A stretch of DNA of 64,000 nucleotides from positions 1,664,001 to 1,728,000 of the forward strand of contig CAVTRN010000001.1 of NCBI GenBank assembly GCA_963737155.1. Direction: 5' to 3'. Position numbers and translations under genes: made by a program. Below the pieces are notes generated by a model that saw only the letters and a program-made list of their open reading frames with translations, was not told where the DNA came from and ran no database searches. This stretch comes from Nitrospirota bacterium (GTDB lineage Bacteria > Nitrospirota > UBA9217). Below are positions 18,937 through 28,896 of the stretch, in pieces (the stretch's first letter is position 1; every line of letters begins with the position of its first letter).

Positions 18937-19707
18937 ATGTTAAGAGAAAACAAAAAATATAAAACTATAATTTCATTTTTGGTTCTTGTGTTCATGGGTT
19001 ACTGGATGTCAGCCAACAATGCATATGCCATGCACATATCAGAGGGGATCCTGCCCTTTAACTGGGCGGCGCTCTGGTTCGCGGTTGCAGCGCCGTTTGT
19101 GGCATTCGGTTTATTTCGGTTAAAGAGGCTATCGAAGGATGACCTGTCTTTTAAGCCGCTCGTCGGGTTTATGACGGCTGTTGTGTTTATTATCTCTTGT
19201 ATGCCCATCCCCGTTCCGACCGCAGGCACTTGTTCCCATCCGTGCGGAACAGGGTTAGCGGGGATACTCCTCGGTCCTGCGATAAGCACCCTCGTGGCGG
19301 CAGTGGCGCTCCTGATACAAGCGCTCTTTCTCTCTCATGGGGGTTTAAGTACGCTGGGAGCCAATACCGTCTCAATGGGTGTTATGGGTTCCTTTACAGG
19401 GTATTTAACGTTCAAGGCATTACGCACGTTGAAAGTGAACTTGGCGGTTGCATGCTTTATGGCAGGGCTGTTTGCCGACTGGGCGACATACCTGGCCACA
19501 TCCGCGGAACTCGCCTCAGGCATTCGGGGGGACTCTCCCTTTCTGCCGCTTTTTTATAAGATACTTATTGCCTTTATCCCGACACAGCTGCCTCTGGGAA
19601 TACTGGAAGGGGCGATGACTGCAGGCATGGTCGTTTTGCTGTATCGGAAGAGACCTGAATTGCTGGTCAGGATGGGCGTACTCAAACCGGAGGCGGTGAA
19701 AGCATGA
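18937..19707 (+). CDS. cbiM: Cobalt ECF transporter substrate-binding component
   Basis: Signal peptide then AMHISEGILP; TAGTCSHPCG; HGGLSTLGAN; FIPTQLPLGILEG. Confidence 0.95.
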   Translation: MLRENKKYKTIISFLVLVFMGYWMSANNAYAMHISEGILPFNWAALWFAVAAPFVAFGLFRLKRLSKDDLSFKPLVGFMTAVVFIISCMPIPVPTAGTCSHPCGTGLAGILLGPAISTLVAAVALLIQALFLSHGGLSTLGANTVSMGVMGSFTGYLTFKALRTLKVNLAVACFMAGLFADWATYLATSAELASGIRGDSPFLPLFYKILIAFIPTQLPLGILEGAMTAGMVVLLYRKRPELLVRMGVLKPEAVKA

Positions 19708-20033
19708 AAATTCAAAATAAGAAATCCACACTGCTAAGTTACGGTAAAAAGATTCTTACCGCTTTTATGCTATATGTCGCCTGCAGTATGCTGTCTCCGG
19801 CCACTTCCGCCGCCGAGAAGTGGTCTGGTGTTGACGAATCTGTCGTCGAAAAATACGCAAAAGAACAGGGTAGAGAAGCGCATAAGCCACTGATCAATAC
19901 GGACCAGGGAGATCTTCTTCTCTTCGTCTTCCTCCTTGCAGGAACAGCAGGAGGTTTTGTCGCCGGATATTACTGGCGGATACTCATGGTTGAAAAAGCG
20001 ACCTCTTTATCAAAGGAAGTATTAAAAAGCTGA
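19704..20033 (+). CDS. cbiN: CbiN-like cobalt transport accessory protein
   Basis: WSGVDESVVEKYA..GR....PLINTDQGDLLLFVFL..G..GGF..GYYWR; coupled to cbiM. Confidence 0.8.
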   Translation: MKIQNKKSTLLSYGKKILTAFMLYVACSMLSPATSAAEKWSGVDESVVEKYAKEQGREAHKPLINTDQGDLLLFVFLLAGTAGGFVAGYYWRILMVEKATSLSKEVLKS

Positions 20034-20223
20034 TGCACCCGTGGATGCACGTGCTGTTTTTTCAGTTAGCCCGCGTATCCATAAATTATAAAGGGCTATC
20101 TGTTCCCAACTTCCATAACTACCTGGCCCTAAGTTATTCGTGTTGCCATGCAGAATGCGTCTTACGCATGGCCTGTGGCTGTTTTTTTGTCCACGGTGCA
20201 ATCGAACGCTGGAGGTGCGAATA

Positions 20224-21588
20224 ATGGAGTTCATCGCAATCATTTCGCTTTCTCGGAAACTATTGGATAAAAGCTTTCTTTCTGCAGTATTACTCGTTGC
20301 GATCTGCAGCGCAGCGGATGCTGAAACTGCGCCGGAGCCGGATTGGTCGCCTCAACTTCTTGGGATGCAGTTCAACGGCGTATACCAAAACGTGCCTGCT
20401 TTCCCGAGTCCCTATCGAGGGCTTAACAGCTTCAACACCACTAACGGCGAAGGACAAGATTTTACCCAAACATATGGAGTGTATTTGGGGTCACAACTGG
20501 CACCGACGCTTCAGACCTATCTGGACCTTGAGTATTTCCGCGGTAACGGAGTTAGCGACGGCGTAGGGCTCGCCGGGTATGTCAATGGAGATGTCATCAG
20601 AGCTGGATCGTCGGACCTGCCAAAGGATCCCTATGTGGCACGATTATACATCGAGTACATTCTTCCGCTATCCTCAGAAACCGAAAAGGTGGAGCGGGCC
20701 ATGGATCAACTTCCCGGGGATCAGCCTGTGGCCAGATGGGAAGTAAAAGCGGGGAAGCTTTCTCTCACGGACGATATTGACTGGAATCGCTACGCCAATA
20801 ATAATCGGACTCAGTTTCTCAACTACGATTTCCTATACAATACTGCATGGGATTACGCGGCGGACACACGGGGCTACAGCTATGGATTTATCACAGCCCT
20901 GGTCCAGCCGATATGGAAACTGGCCTTCGGGGTCTGTATGGAACCTAATACCGCCAATGGCGCGAATTTTGATTTTATTGGCACGAGAGAGCTTGGATAC
21001 AACCTGGAACTCAGTCTGAATCCAAATGATGCGGGAACGGTAGTCCGTTTCCTCTCTTATTTCAATGAGGCGAAGATGGGTAACTACGACGCAGCAATGG
21101 CGCTTGGTCGTGCCTTACCCGATCTCGCGCTCGTTGAGAAGCCCGGCGGCACGAAGTACGGTTTTGGACTGAATTTTGAGCAACCGCTTGCTGACGAAGG
21201 AGAAACAGGCCTGTTTGGGCGCATAGGCTGGAATGACGGGGCTCACGAAACTTGGGCTTATACGGAAGCAGACCGCCATGCTAGTCTGGGTGCTCAGGTG
21301 AGTGGGGTAAACTGGGGGAGAACGGAAGACCGATTCGGCATAGCATGCGGGATTAACGGTTTGTCTGATCCACACAAAAATTATCTTGCATCAGGCGGCA
21401 GCGGCATACTCCTTGGTGACGGCACGCTCAATTACGGTCTGGAGCAGACCCTTGAAACCTTCTACCGTGTCCAACTCGGTCGATACGCGCAACTGTCCCC
21501 TGATTTTCAGTACATACAGAACCCCGGCTACAATCGAGATCGGGGGCCGGTCGAGGTCTATTCGTTGCGTTTACGATTGAATTATTAA
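20224..21588 (+). CDS. OprB-family (carbohydrate/metal-selective) outer-membrane porin
   Basis: Signal peptide, WDYAADTRGYSYG, terminal PDFQYIQNPGYNRDRGPV...LRLNY; GGAGG SD. Confidence 0.88.
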   Translation: MEFIAIISLSRKLLDKSFLSAVLLVAICSAADAETAPEPDWSPQLLGMQFNGVYQNVPAFPSPYRGLNSFNTTNGEGQDFTQTYGVYLGSQLAPTLQTYLDLEYFRGNGVSDGVGLAGYVNGDVIRAGSSDLPKDPYVARLYIEYILPLSSETEKVERAMDQLPGDQPVARWEVKAGKLSLTDDIDWNRYANNNRTQFLNYDFLYNTAWDYAADTRGYSYGFITALVQPIWKLAFGVCMEPNTANGANFDFIGTRELGYNLELSLNPNDAGTVVRFLSYFNEAKMGNYDAAMALGRALPDLALVEKPGGTKYGFGLNFEQPLADEGETGLFGRIGWNDGAHETWAYTEADRHASLGAQVSGVNWGRTEDRFGIACGINGLSDPHKNYLASGGSGILLGDGTLNYGLEQTLETFYRVQLGRYAQLSPDFQYIQNPGYNRDRGPVEVYSLRLRLNY

Positions 21589-21848
21589 TCAACTCGGTGG
21601 AGAACAAACATGACACTAAGAGTGAGCCTTCACGGGGCGACAGTAGATACAGACTTCACCCGGTATTCCGCAACTGTTTACTCACGCACCGGTGCAGATA
21701 GTAGGTGAAGTCAAGCTTTTTAACCTACGCGGATCGATGCTAATAACCGGATTGAAGTATGTATTACCGCAATTCGTATTGAAGGGCCACATTAACACCT
21801 TTGCCTTTCCTCTTGCCCGTTATAGACCCCCGTGCTATCATTTAACTT

Positions 21849-22040
21849 ATGAAAAAGTCTAACCGCACTATACCTCTCAAAAAAATAAAAACACCTCGGA
21901 AGCAGGGCATGACATTAAAGAGGCTGTTGTCGCGTGTGACCGAAAAGAATATTCACCACGAAGTTGACAGCGGCCACGCTGTAGATAGAGAAGCCAGGTA
22001 CAATGAGCAAGAGGATAAAATCAAAAAGACCGCGGATTGA
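21849..22040 (+). pseudogene. MazE/ChpS-like antitoxin C-terminal fragment
   Basis: TLKRLLSRVTEKNIHHEVDSGHAVDRE resembles the MazE toxin-binding tail; no AbrB N-domain or mazF follows. Confidence 0.55.
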
Positions 22041-22290
22041 GATTACCCGTTGGAAGTTGGGGATGGTTCGGACTCCTTTCAGGCCGTGGATCCGGTTGAA
22101 ACTTGGGAAAAGATGGAGATAGCAGAATTGCTATGATGTCGAGGAAAAGGCAGCGAAGGATGCGATCTTGGAAAATAAATAAATAGGGATACACCATATT
22201 TTAGCTTGATTTCATTGTTCTCGTGATCAATCTATGCTATAGATTTTCGAGCCAATAATATCTTGTTATACGCAGAAGCGAGGCACGGTT

Positions 22291-22677
22291 ATGAACGTTG
22301 AGTCAATCGATCATATTGTGCTGACGGTCAAGGATATCGAAGCAACCTGTGCTTTCTACACGAAGGTGCTTGGTATGAAGGTGACTACGTTCGGGGCTGG
22401 AAGAAAGGCGTTGTCATTTGGGGTACAGAAGATAAATTTACATGAGCACGGAAATGAATTTGAGCCAAAAGCGAAAGTAGCAACGCCGGGATCGGCCGAT
22501 TTGTGTTTCGTATCTACTGTCTCAATTGGGCTGGTTCTTGATCACTTGCGCACTAACGATATTGAAATCCTGGAAGGTCCTGTTCATCGAACTGGAGCTA
22601 TGGGTCCAATTACCTCGGTATACTTTCGAGATCCAGACGGGAATCTAATCGAGGTGTCGAACTATGAGATTGCATAA
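22291..22677 (+). CDS. VOC/glyoxalase family protein
   Basis: IDHIVLTV, QKINLH, PGSADLCF, SVYFRDPDGNLIEVSNY. Confidence 0.95.
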   Translation: MNVESIDHIVLTVKDIEATCAFYTKVLGMKVTTFGAGRKALSFGVQKINLHEHGNEFEPKAKVATPGSADLCFVSTVSIGLVLDHLRTNDIEILEGPVHRTGAMGPITSVYFRDPDGNLIEVSNYEIA

Positions 22678-22966
22678 GACTGCGCTTCAGCTGACGTCAG
22701 GCCATCGTGGCCTTCCTCAGCTGTGCTTTGAGTTCGTTCATAAGATACAACCATTATGTGAAGTAAATGTTGTGGGCATAGGAAACACAATGGCTTCCAA
22801 ATAATTTTCTTCACATAACGGATACTCTTACGGCGATTCAAGCCAGTATACAATGTTGTTTCTTTACATGATTAGGTGTTTTGGATTGTCTTTGCACGTG
22901 GGATTAAAAGAAGGAAGATGCTTACGGGACAGCTTAAATCGCATCTGATTCCGACAATTCAAATTC

Positions 22967-23115
22967 CCACATAGGTTTCCCCATTGAGTGTAATATGACA
23001 TTGGAGAAAGTACAGGGGGGGATTTTGGGGGTATCCTGAAAATAGCATTTAAAATATATAATAATTTCAAAGCATTGGAAGAACTATTTGATGGTCACCG
23101 CCTCCACCATTTAAG
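22967..23115 (+). repeat. att-like site 2
   Basis: GGGGGGATTTTGGGGGTAT..TGATGGTCACCGCCTCCACCATTTAAG. Confidence 0.8.
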
Positions 23116-23601
23116 TGGTTGATTTTATTAAAATCATGATGAAAAAAGTCGTGCCGTTTTATGAAATAGTCGACAAGTGTTGACCTCTCATTTCAATAAA
23201 AATCTCGGGTAGGGGTGTTTATAAACCACTACCCTGATCTTATGCAATAAATCTTCAGTTATCTTGAAAATCCGCCTGCTGAGAAAACGTTCGTAAAAGA
23301 TTCCTTTTATGAACATCTCGCAAACTCGGAATTTCCATCGAATAAAGGTTCAAGATTTTTTTACGATATCCATGTTAGACGCAAGGGGGGCGTATGTGAA
23401 AAATACGAGATGTATTATGCAATCTGTGACATATATATGAAAATGCGAAGTAGGAAAGGACCTCTTGATTGAAAACCATATCAGAAAATGTAAGATTCAA
23501 AAAGTATTTTGTAATCATTTGAAGAATCGATGTACCCGCGTAGTGCGCGCCACGCTTCGCGTGTTGCCTGCTCTTGGGGTGGGGGATTGGGAGAAACTGC
23601 C

Positions 23602-23907
23602 TTATTTTTTCAATAATCGTTTTGCCGCTTCCACATAAGCTTCGAAGTCGGCACGTTTTCCAATTCCAATTACTTCTACCGTGACTTCCTGCTCAATAAT
23701 CCGATAAACGATCCGTATTGACTTACGCACGGTGTACATTTTATAGTAGCCCGTTAAGTCAAGTCCGCGCAGGTTTCCGAGCGGCTCTCCGAGGTGAGGC
23801 GACGTTTCTAACTTCTTTAACTGTTTGGCCACAAGTTTTTTCATTGAACCATCAAGGTTTCTGAAGTCGTCTACTGCGGCCTCTTGCAGAAAAACTTTAT
23901 AGCTCAA
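23602..23907 (-). CDS. RelE/ParE family toxin
   Basis: YKVFL..AA.DD..LD, GEPLGN..LTGYYK, IRIVYRI..VEVIGIGKR; TTG start overlapping the antitoxin stop. Confidence 0.9.
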   Translation of the reverse strand: MSYKVFLQEAAVDDFRNLDGSMKKLVAKQLKKLETSPHLGEPLGNLRGLDLTGYYKMYTVRKSIRIVYRIIEQEVTVEVIGIGKRADFEAYVEAAKRLLKK

Positions 23908-24187
23908 TGTGCTCCTCCTTAAGGAGCTTATCAAGAACTACCCGTCTCCCAGCGCTTTTCTTTCGCGTTGTGATGATATCAAATATCTCAACATGCTCAA
24001 CAAATTGCACGAGTTCTGCCATATACTCATATTCTTCTGCGGGAAGGATGACAGCGGTAATTTCATTGTTTTTAATAATTACGGCCTTTTCCTTCCGATG
24101 GTTTGCAAGATCAGATATCACTTTACCGAAATTTTTTGCGGCTGACGTAGCGCTGATAATCTCGTCGCGTTTAAAAGTCGCTTCCAT
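23897..24187 (-). CDS. Phd/YefM family antitoxin
   Basis: IISATSAAKNFGKVI..AVIIKNN..AVILPAEEYE. Confidence 0.9.
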   Translation of the reverse strand: MEATFKRDEIISATSAAKNFGKVISDLANHRKEKAVIIKNNEITAVILPAEEYEYMAELVQFVEHVEIFDIITTRKKSAGRRVVLDKLLKEEHIEL

Positions 24188-24208
24188 GGTTTTTCTCCTT
24201 TTTTATCT

Positions 24209-24244
24209 GCGTAATATTATACGGATAATTGTACGCGAAGTCAA
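24209..24244 (-). promoter_or_regulatory. TA promoter with operator-like inverted repeat
   Basis: Minus strand TTGACT-17 bp-TATAAT overlapped by GCGTA..TACGC IR. Confidence 0.8.
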
Positions 24245-24726
24245 GAGCATAAAAATGTAGTGCATAAAATGTTGTGGAGGGTTCAAAGCAGAGAGATGCA
24301 TCTACTGACATGAAAGCAGGCTGAAATCCAGCCTGTTTTTTGTTTTCAGCTATGTTGTGTGCGAATTTTTCTGTTAGATTGAAAAAATGTTTCATCTACG
24401 CTAAAAAGGGGAAATACAACCTCTTGCTCTACCCACACATAACCCTAACAATATCAGGTTGTAACTTTAAATTATTTCTGAGAATTGAAACGCGTTTGCT
24501 ACCAGGAAGAACCTCGCGAGTTACCAGAAGTCGAACGATCACGTTGTCGATCAACGCTTGGAGATTGGTAAAAACCTTTGAATGCATACCTCAACTGGTA
24601 CTAACCGCTTCTTTACCGCCAAGTCCACACTATGGACGTGCTATAATTATTTAAATGCAAGTTCGTATAAGCATGGATGGCAGGATAGATGGCGACTTGT
24701 TCTATCCACGGAGAAGGAGGGATACC

Positions 24727-24933
24727 ATGAAATTAAGTACAAGAAACCAAATCAAGGGCACGGTCATTGAGGTTGTAAAAGGTACTATCGCGGCAAAAGT
24801 AAAGATCGATATCGGCGGGGGAAATACGATCACTTCCACGATAACAGTCGATGCTGTAAATGACCTCAAGTTGGAAAAGGGTGATCAGGTTACCGCCCTC
24901 ATAAAAGCCAGCAGTGTCATGATCGGCAAGTAG
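24727..24933 (+). CDS. TOBE-domain molybdate-binding protein (Mop/molbindin)
   Basis: MKLSTRNQIKGTV..ITSTIT..L.L..GD.VTALIKASSVM. Confidence 0.92.
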   Translation: MKLSTRNQIKGTVIEVVKGTIAAKVKIDIGGGNTITSTITVDAVNDLKLEKGDQVTALIKASSVMIGK

Positions 24934-24979
24934 CAGGCTGCCCGAATGAGATTGACTTGCCTCGGTTTCGGTCGATTCC

Positions 24980-25223
24980 TTACATAGAGAGCTGATCCGC
25001 GACGTTATGTGTCTGGATTGTGTGCACAAGGGAAGCGCCGCCCCTGACCGCTGACGCCATACGAATAGCCTTTGTGATATATTTGAGGCTCTTGCCCTCT
25101 TCCAAAGGTTTTGGTATAGGCATCAATACAGTAAGGACATTGAACTGTATGCGCAACAGCAACGGTGATTAGTGGTTTTCCCCGCTTTGTGAACGTTCTA
25201 GGCTCTAAAGCAGCAGTGTACAC
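24980..25223 (-). pseudogene. Frameshifted AhpD/CMD-like peroxidase (arsenosugar-biosynthesis-associated type)
   Basis: VAVAHTVQCPYCIDAY in one frame and AVRGGASLVH..QLSM in another. Confidence 0.75.
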
Positions 25224-25262
25224 TCCTTCATATTATTTGCGACTGTCTTAACATCTTTATTA

Positions 25263-25297
25263 TTGACAATGTGTATAATATTAAATATAATACACAT
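25263..25297 (+). promoter_or_regulatory. Consensus sigma70 promoter with palindromic operator of the VapBC-like pair
   Basis: TTGACA-17 bp-TATAAT; ATGTGTA..TACACAT IR across the -10. Confidence 0.85.
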
Positions 25298-25310
25298 CAG
25301 AGGTGAGAAC

Positions 25311-25520
25311 ATGAGTACAGCAGGAAAAACCAGGAAACAATTTATCCTCGATCAGGATAAAATTAGACGGGTCAGAAAGATTGTAAATGCTAAAACCGAC
25401 ACTGAGGCAATTACAATGGCTTTAGACATCATCATAGAAAACACAAAAATAGAGACGATGCTCGGATCAATCAAAGGCAAAGGGGCAATAAAGGATATCT
25501 ATGGCAGAACATCCGGTTAA
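25311..25520 (+). CDS. VapB-like antitoxin
   Basis: 69 aa, RKQFILDQ.KI..KTDTEAI..AL; upstream of and overlapping the PIN gene. Confidence 0.75.
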   Translation: MSTAGKTRKQFILDQDKIRRVRKIVNAKTDTEAITMALDIIIENTKIETMLGSIKGKGAIKDIYGRTSG

Positions 25521-25929
25521 ACTGGTTCTCGACACATCTATCTACATTCCCTTCATAAACCAGGGTGTTGCTCATCCAACCATAGAAATCCGTCAGGGCC
25601 GCCCCCTGATCTATATGTGTGCTGTTGTAATGGAAGAACTTTATGCTGGTGCATTGGATGTTTCTTCAGTAAAGCTTCTTGATAAGATGCATGACACTTT
25701 CGCCAGCATGGGTAGGCTCATTATTCCAGATGAGACGGACTGGCAGAAAACTGGAAAAGTCATTGCTCAACTTGGGAAGAAATACGGTTTGGAGGAAATG
25801 TTTTTATCAAGGATAACAAACGATATTCTGATAGCTAACACGGTGCGCAAAATAGGTGCATTTGTCGTAACAAATAATCAAAAAGATTTTCTCAGAATCC
25901 AGGAATATATTGATTTCAAGATTTTTTAA
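25501..25929 (+). CDS. VapC/PIN-domain toxin
   Basis: LVLDTSIYI, VMEELYAG, NDILIA, VTNNQKDF acidic PIN motifs. Confidence 0.92.
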   Translation: MAEHPVKLVLDTSIYIPFINQGVAHPTIEIRQGRPLIYMCAVVMEELYAGALDVSSVKLLDKMHDTFASMGRLIIPDETDWQKTGKVIAQLGKKYGLEEMFLSRITNDILIANTVRKIGAFVVTNNQKDFLRIQEYIDFKIF

Positions 25930-26085
25930 AGGATGACGTTTAGCTGAATTTATCATCCTTTTGAAATATCTCGTCTCTGATTATTTTCGCTGTAACCTGT
26001 ACACGACGCAGGATTCATCTTGTATTATAATGATAAATGTTTGCTCGTCTCGCAAATGATTCCATCATTCTGCAAGCAGATAAAG

Positions 26086-26620
26086 ATGAGAATAGAAACT
26101 AATATCAAAATAATAGAACAATTATCAAGACACGGAAAAGATGCAAACAGGACGTTTTGTTGTTTTCTGTGGGGGACTGACGTAACGGCTGCAAGAATTG
26201 ATTCAATAGTCCACGGTCTCTACGAAGAAGTATCGGCTTAAATTGGTTGTACTCATTGCGGGAACTGTTGAAAAATGATTCAGCCGAATCTATCGGTAAC
26301 TGACATAAAAAGACTGGCTCGCCAATTCGAACCGACCACAAGAGAATTCCGGACGCGTTTTCTTCTGAAAAATGATGAGGGCGAAGGCTTTGTTTTCAAT
26401 GAACAGCCTTGCCCCTTTTTAAAAGAGCAATCGTTGCAAAGTTTACGAAAACCGCCTACATGGTTGCAGATCATATCCGCATCTCCATAAACGCGATTTC
26501 ATCTTCAAGATAAACCAGGCAGTCTCCAATTGCTCCATTTGCCCGATTGTGCTCAATGTTTATGAGGGGCTTAAACAAACCCTTTGGCCTCCTCGATTGA
26601 AATATATAAGGAGGGCCTGA
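26086..26620 (+). pseudogene. YkgJ-family cysteine-cluster protein, disrupted
   Basis: CTHCGNC, PCPFL, C.VYENR..CRSYP, CSICP spread over stops and frameshifts. Confidence 0.75.
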
Positions 26621-26713
26621 GATTGTGTGAAATGCACAGCTTTATTTTATCCTTCACTTGATGTTTTATATTTTAAACGTATTAGCCCGACGAAGTCTTA
26701 TGACATCCAGCAT

Positions 26714-26814
26714 TTTGGGGTATCTTTTGAGGTATGTCGTAATATCCCTAAAATAAATTGTAGAATATCAATCAGTTGGAGAAACGTTGATGGCCACCGC
26801 CTCCACCATTTAAG
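26714..26814 (+). repeat. att-like site 3 (more divergent)
   Basis: TTTGGGGTATCTTTTGAGGTAT..TTGATGGCCACCGCCTCCACCATTTAAG. Confidence 0.75.
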
Positions 26815-26851
26815 TAAGACGCCTCCTCTGCCATCAAGCTACCGTATAGAT

Positions 26852-27859
26852 TCATATTTCGATGCAGATTTTGCCGAAATGGGCACCGCTCGCCTCGTAA
26901 CGAAACGCATCGATCAGGTCTTGTAGAGGAAATGTCTTATTGATGACCGGCTTCATGTCATTGGCATCCAGAGCGCGAATCATCTCGATCTGCTGCTGGC
27001 GGTTTCCGACTTGCATCCCCTGAAGCCTCGCTTGTCGAGTCAACAGCGCCGCGGTCGGAATCGGACCGGAGAAACCCGTCAAGACGCCGATGATCTCGAT
27101 ATGCCCGCCGATGCGGCACGCGCTGATCGACTGTGGCAGAGTATCCGGACCGCCCACCTCGATGACATGATCAACGCCACGTCCGTCGGTCAGGTCTAAA
27201 ACCTGATCTGCCCAGTTTGGATACTGCTTGTAGTTGATCGTATGGTAGGCGCCTAGAGTGCGTGCGCGAGCCAGTTTTTCATCCGACGACGAAGTGACGA
27301 TCGTCAATGCGCCCATCATTTTTGCGAACTGTAGGGCGAACATCGACACACCACCCGTGCCCAAAGTCAATACCGTCTCGCCGGCTTTCAAAGGACCATC
27401 ACTGACAAGTGCGCGCCACGCCGTAAGACCGGCGGTGGGCAAAGTCGCCGCTTCCGTACAGCTGTAATTCTTAGGCACGCGAGTGAACCAATTCGCCGGC
27501 CGCACCACCCTCTCCCGCGCATAACCATCCAAGCTATCACCGGGCGTCTTGGCGATCCTGAATGGTTCGACTTCGCCGTTTTGCCACTCGGGGAAAAAGC
27601 AGGAGACGACGTGATCGCCCACGGAAAACTCGCTGACCCCTTCCCCGATCCTTTCGACAATTCCAGCTCCATCTGTCAACGGGATGAGTCCGTCTGCGGT
27701 TGGAATTTTCCCAAGCGCGACCAGATAATCATGATAGTTCAGCGAGCTCGCGTGCAGCCGCACCTGGATTTCGCCCTCCTGTGGCGCATCCGGCTCGTCC
27801 ATCTCGACCATTGTCAGGCGCTCGAGCCCACCGGATCCTTTAAGTCTTATTGCTTTCAT
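26852..27859 (-). CDS. NAD(P)-dependent alcohol dehydrogenase / quinone reductase (MDR family)
   Basis: SLNYHD, DGAG, AGLTAWRAL, GTGGVS, GAHFGKICI. Confidence 0.93.
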   Translation of the reverse strand: MKAIRLKGSGGLERLTMVEMDEPDAPQEGEIQVRLHASSLNYHDYLVALGKIPTADGLIPLTDGAGIVERIGEGVSEFSVGDHVVSCFFPEWQNGEVEPFRIAKTPGDSLDGYARERVVRPANWFTRVPKNYSCTEAATLPTAGLTAWRALVSDGPLKAGETVLTLGTGGVSMFALQFAKMMGALTIVTSSSDEKLARARTLGAYHTINYKQYPNWADQVLDLTDGRGVDHVIEVGGPDTLPQSISACRIGGHIEIIGVLTGFSGPIPTAALLTRQARLQGMQVGNRQQQIEMIRALDANDMKPVINKTFPLQDLIDAFRYEASGAHFGKICIEI

Positions 27860-28396
27860 AAGGTATCTCTCCTATGGAAATGGTTAGGATGAGCAGCGAC
27901 CTAAAGTTAAAAAAAGATGTCGAACTGTCTCAGGCCGCCCGCTTATCTCAAGTTTCATCCAGTGTTCAACATATTAGTCAGCTCCGTCGTCATATATCAC
28001 GGATTTTTCATATTATCCTCACACTTTGCATGCATAAGAGCGACGCAAATCACTTATTGACCTCCTTTTTAGCTTCAATCGTCTATATTGGGATAGTACC
28101 ATAGACCTTACAGGTGTCAATTTTGTTCATTTTGAGGTTGCTGGGAATCGTGATACAGCCGGAGAAGTAAAAAAGCGATTTCCTTCTGTTGTTTGAGTTG
28201 CCAGCGTCAGGCAGCTGGTTTGTACTTCTCGAGTACCTGGTTATAAGCCTCATTCGGTCTAAGTTTATCAAGCGATGCATGTCGCCTGTTGTCGTTTTAC
28301 CAGTTGAACCAGTATATCATTTCCTTGGAAAGTTCGGTTATTGAGGTACCTTTACTCACTATTCCTTCTTGCTGGGCTCTCCTTTACCTAACGTAA

Positions 28397-28621
28397 TCAG
28401 TTGCACAAACTGTTATTGATAAAAAAGCCCCATCCGGCTGAACAGTCACCGTAGCATTCTAAAGAAGGGATCAAGCCGACATGCGTAAAACGGAGGTCTG
28501 TCTTATCGACCATTTTGGTGATCTCAAAGACAATTTGAGTGCCGCTCCTTTCCGTCTCATCTTTAACGAAGGTCAAATGGTCGTCCAGTATATGCCATAC
28601 GACTTCCTTACTTGGTGCCAC
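28397..28621 (-). pseudogene. SRPBCC/AHSA1-like C-terminal fragment
   Basis: GTQIVFEI..TDLRFTHVGLIP.LECY.DCS.GW; 5' half missing. Confidence 0.65.
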
Positions 28622-28896
28622 TGATAATATTTTATAGCACGAAACGCTTGCAGGTCAAGGCGACCTGTCTACAAAGCTGATGTGGATTTGGATAGAGGAC
28701 TTTAACGATTTCTAGATGATAACTTGTATGTTGCAGAGATTGGAAACTATAACTGACTCAGGAAGTTATATATTAGTAAGGGAATAGATAAAATGAGCGT
28801 TATAACAGAAAGAATATTTATAAGCTAGCCAAAATGGGAACCTCCTGCTAAGAATTAATTTATAACGGAACTAAATTCAAGAGAAAGGAGGCTTCT

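Noticed and set aside
21652-21712. GACTTCACC..GGTGAAGTC inverted repeat after the porin
   Set aside because: Long loop and no family assignment possible
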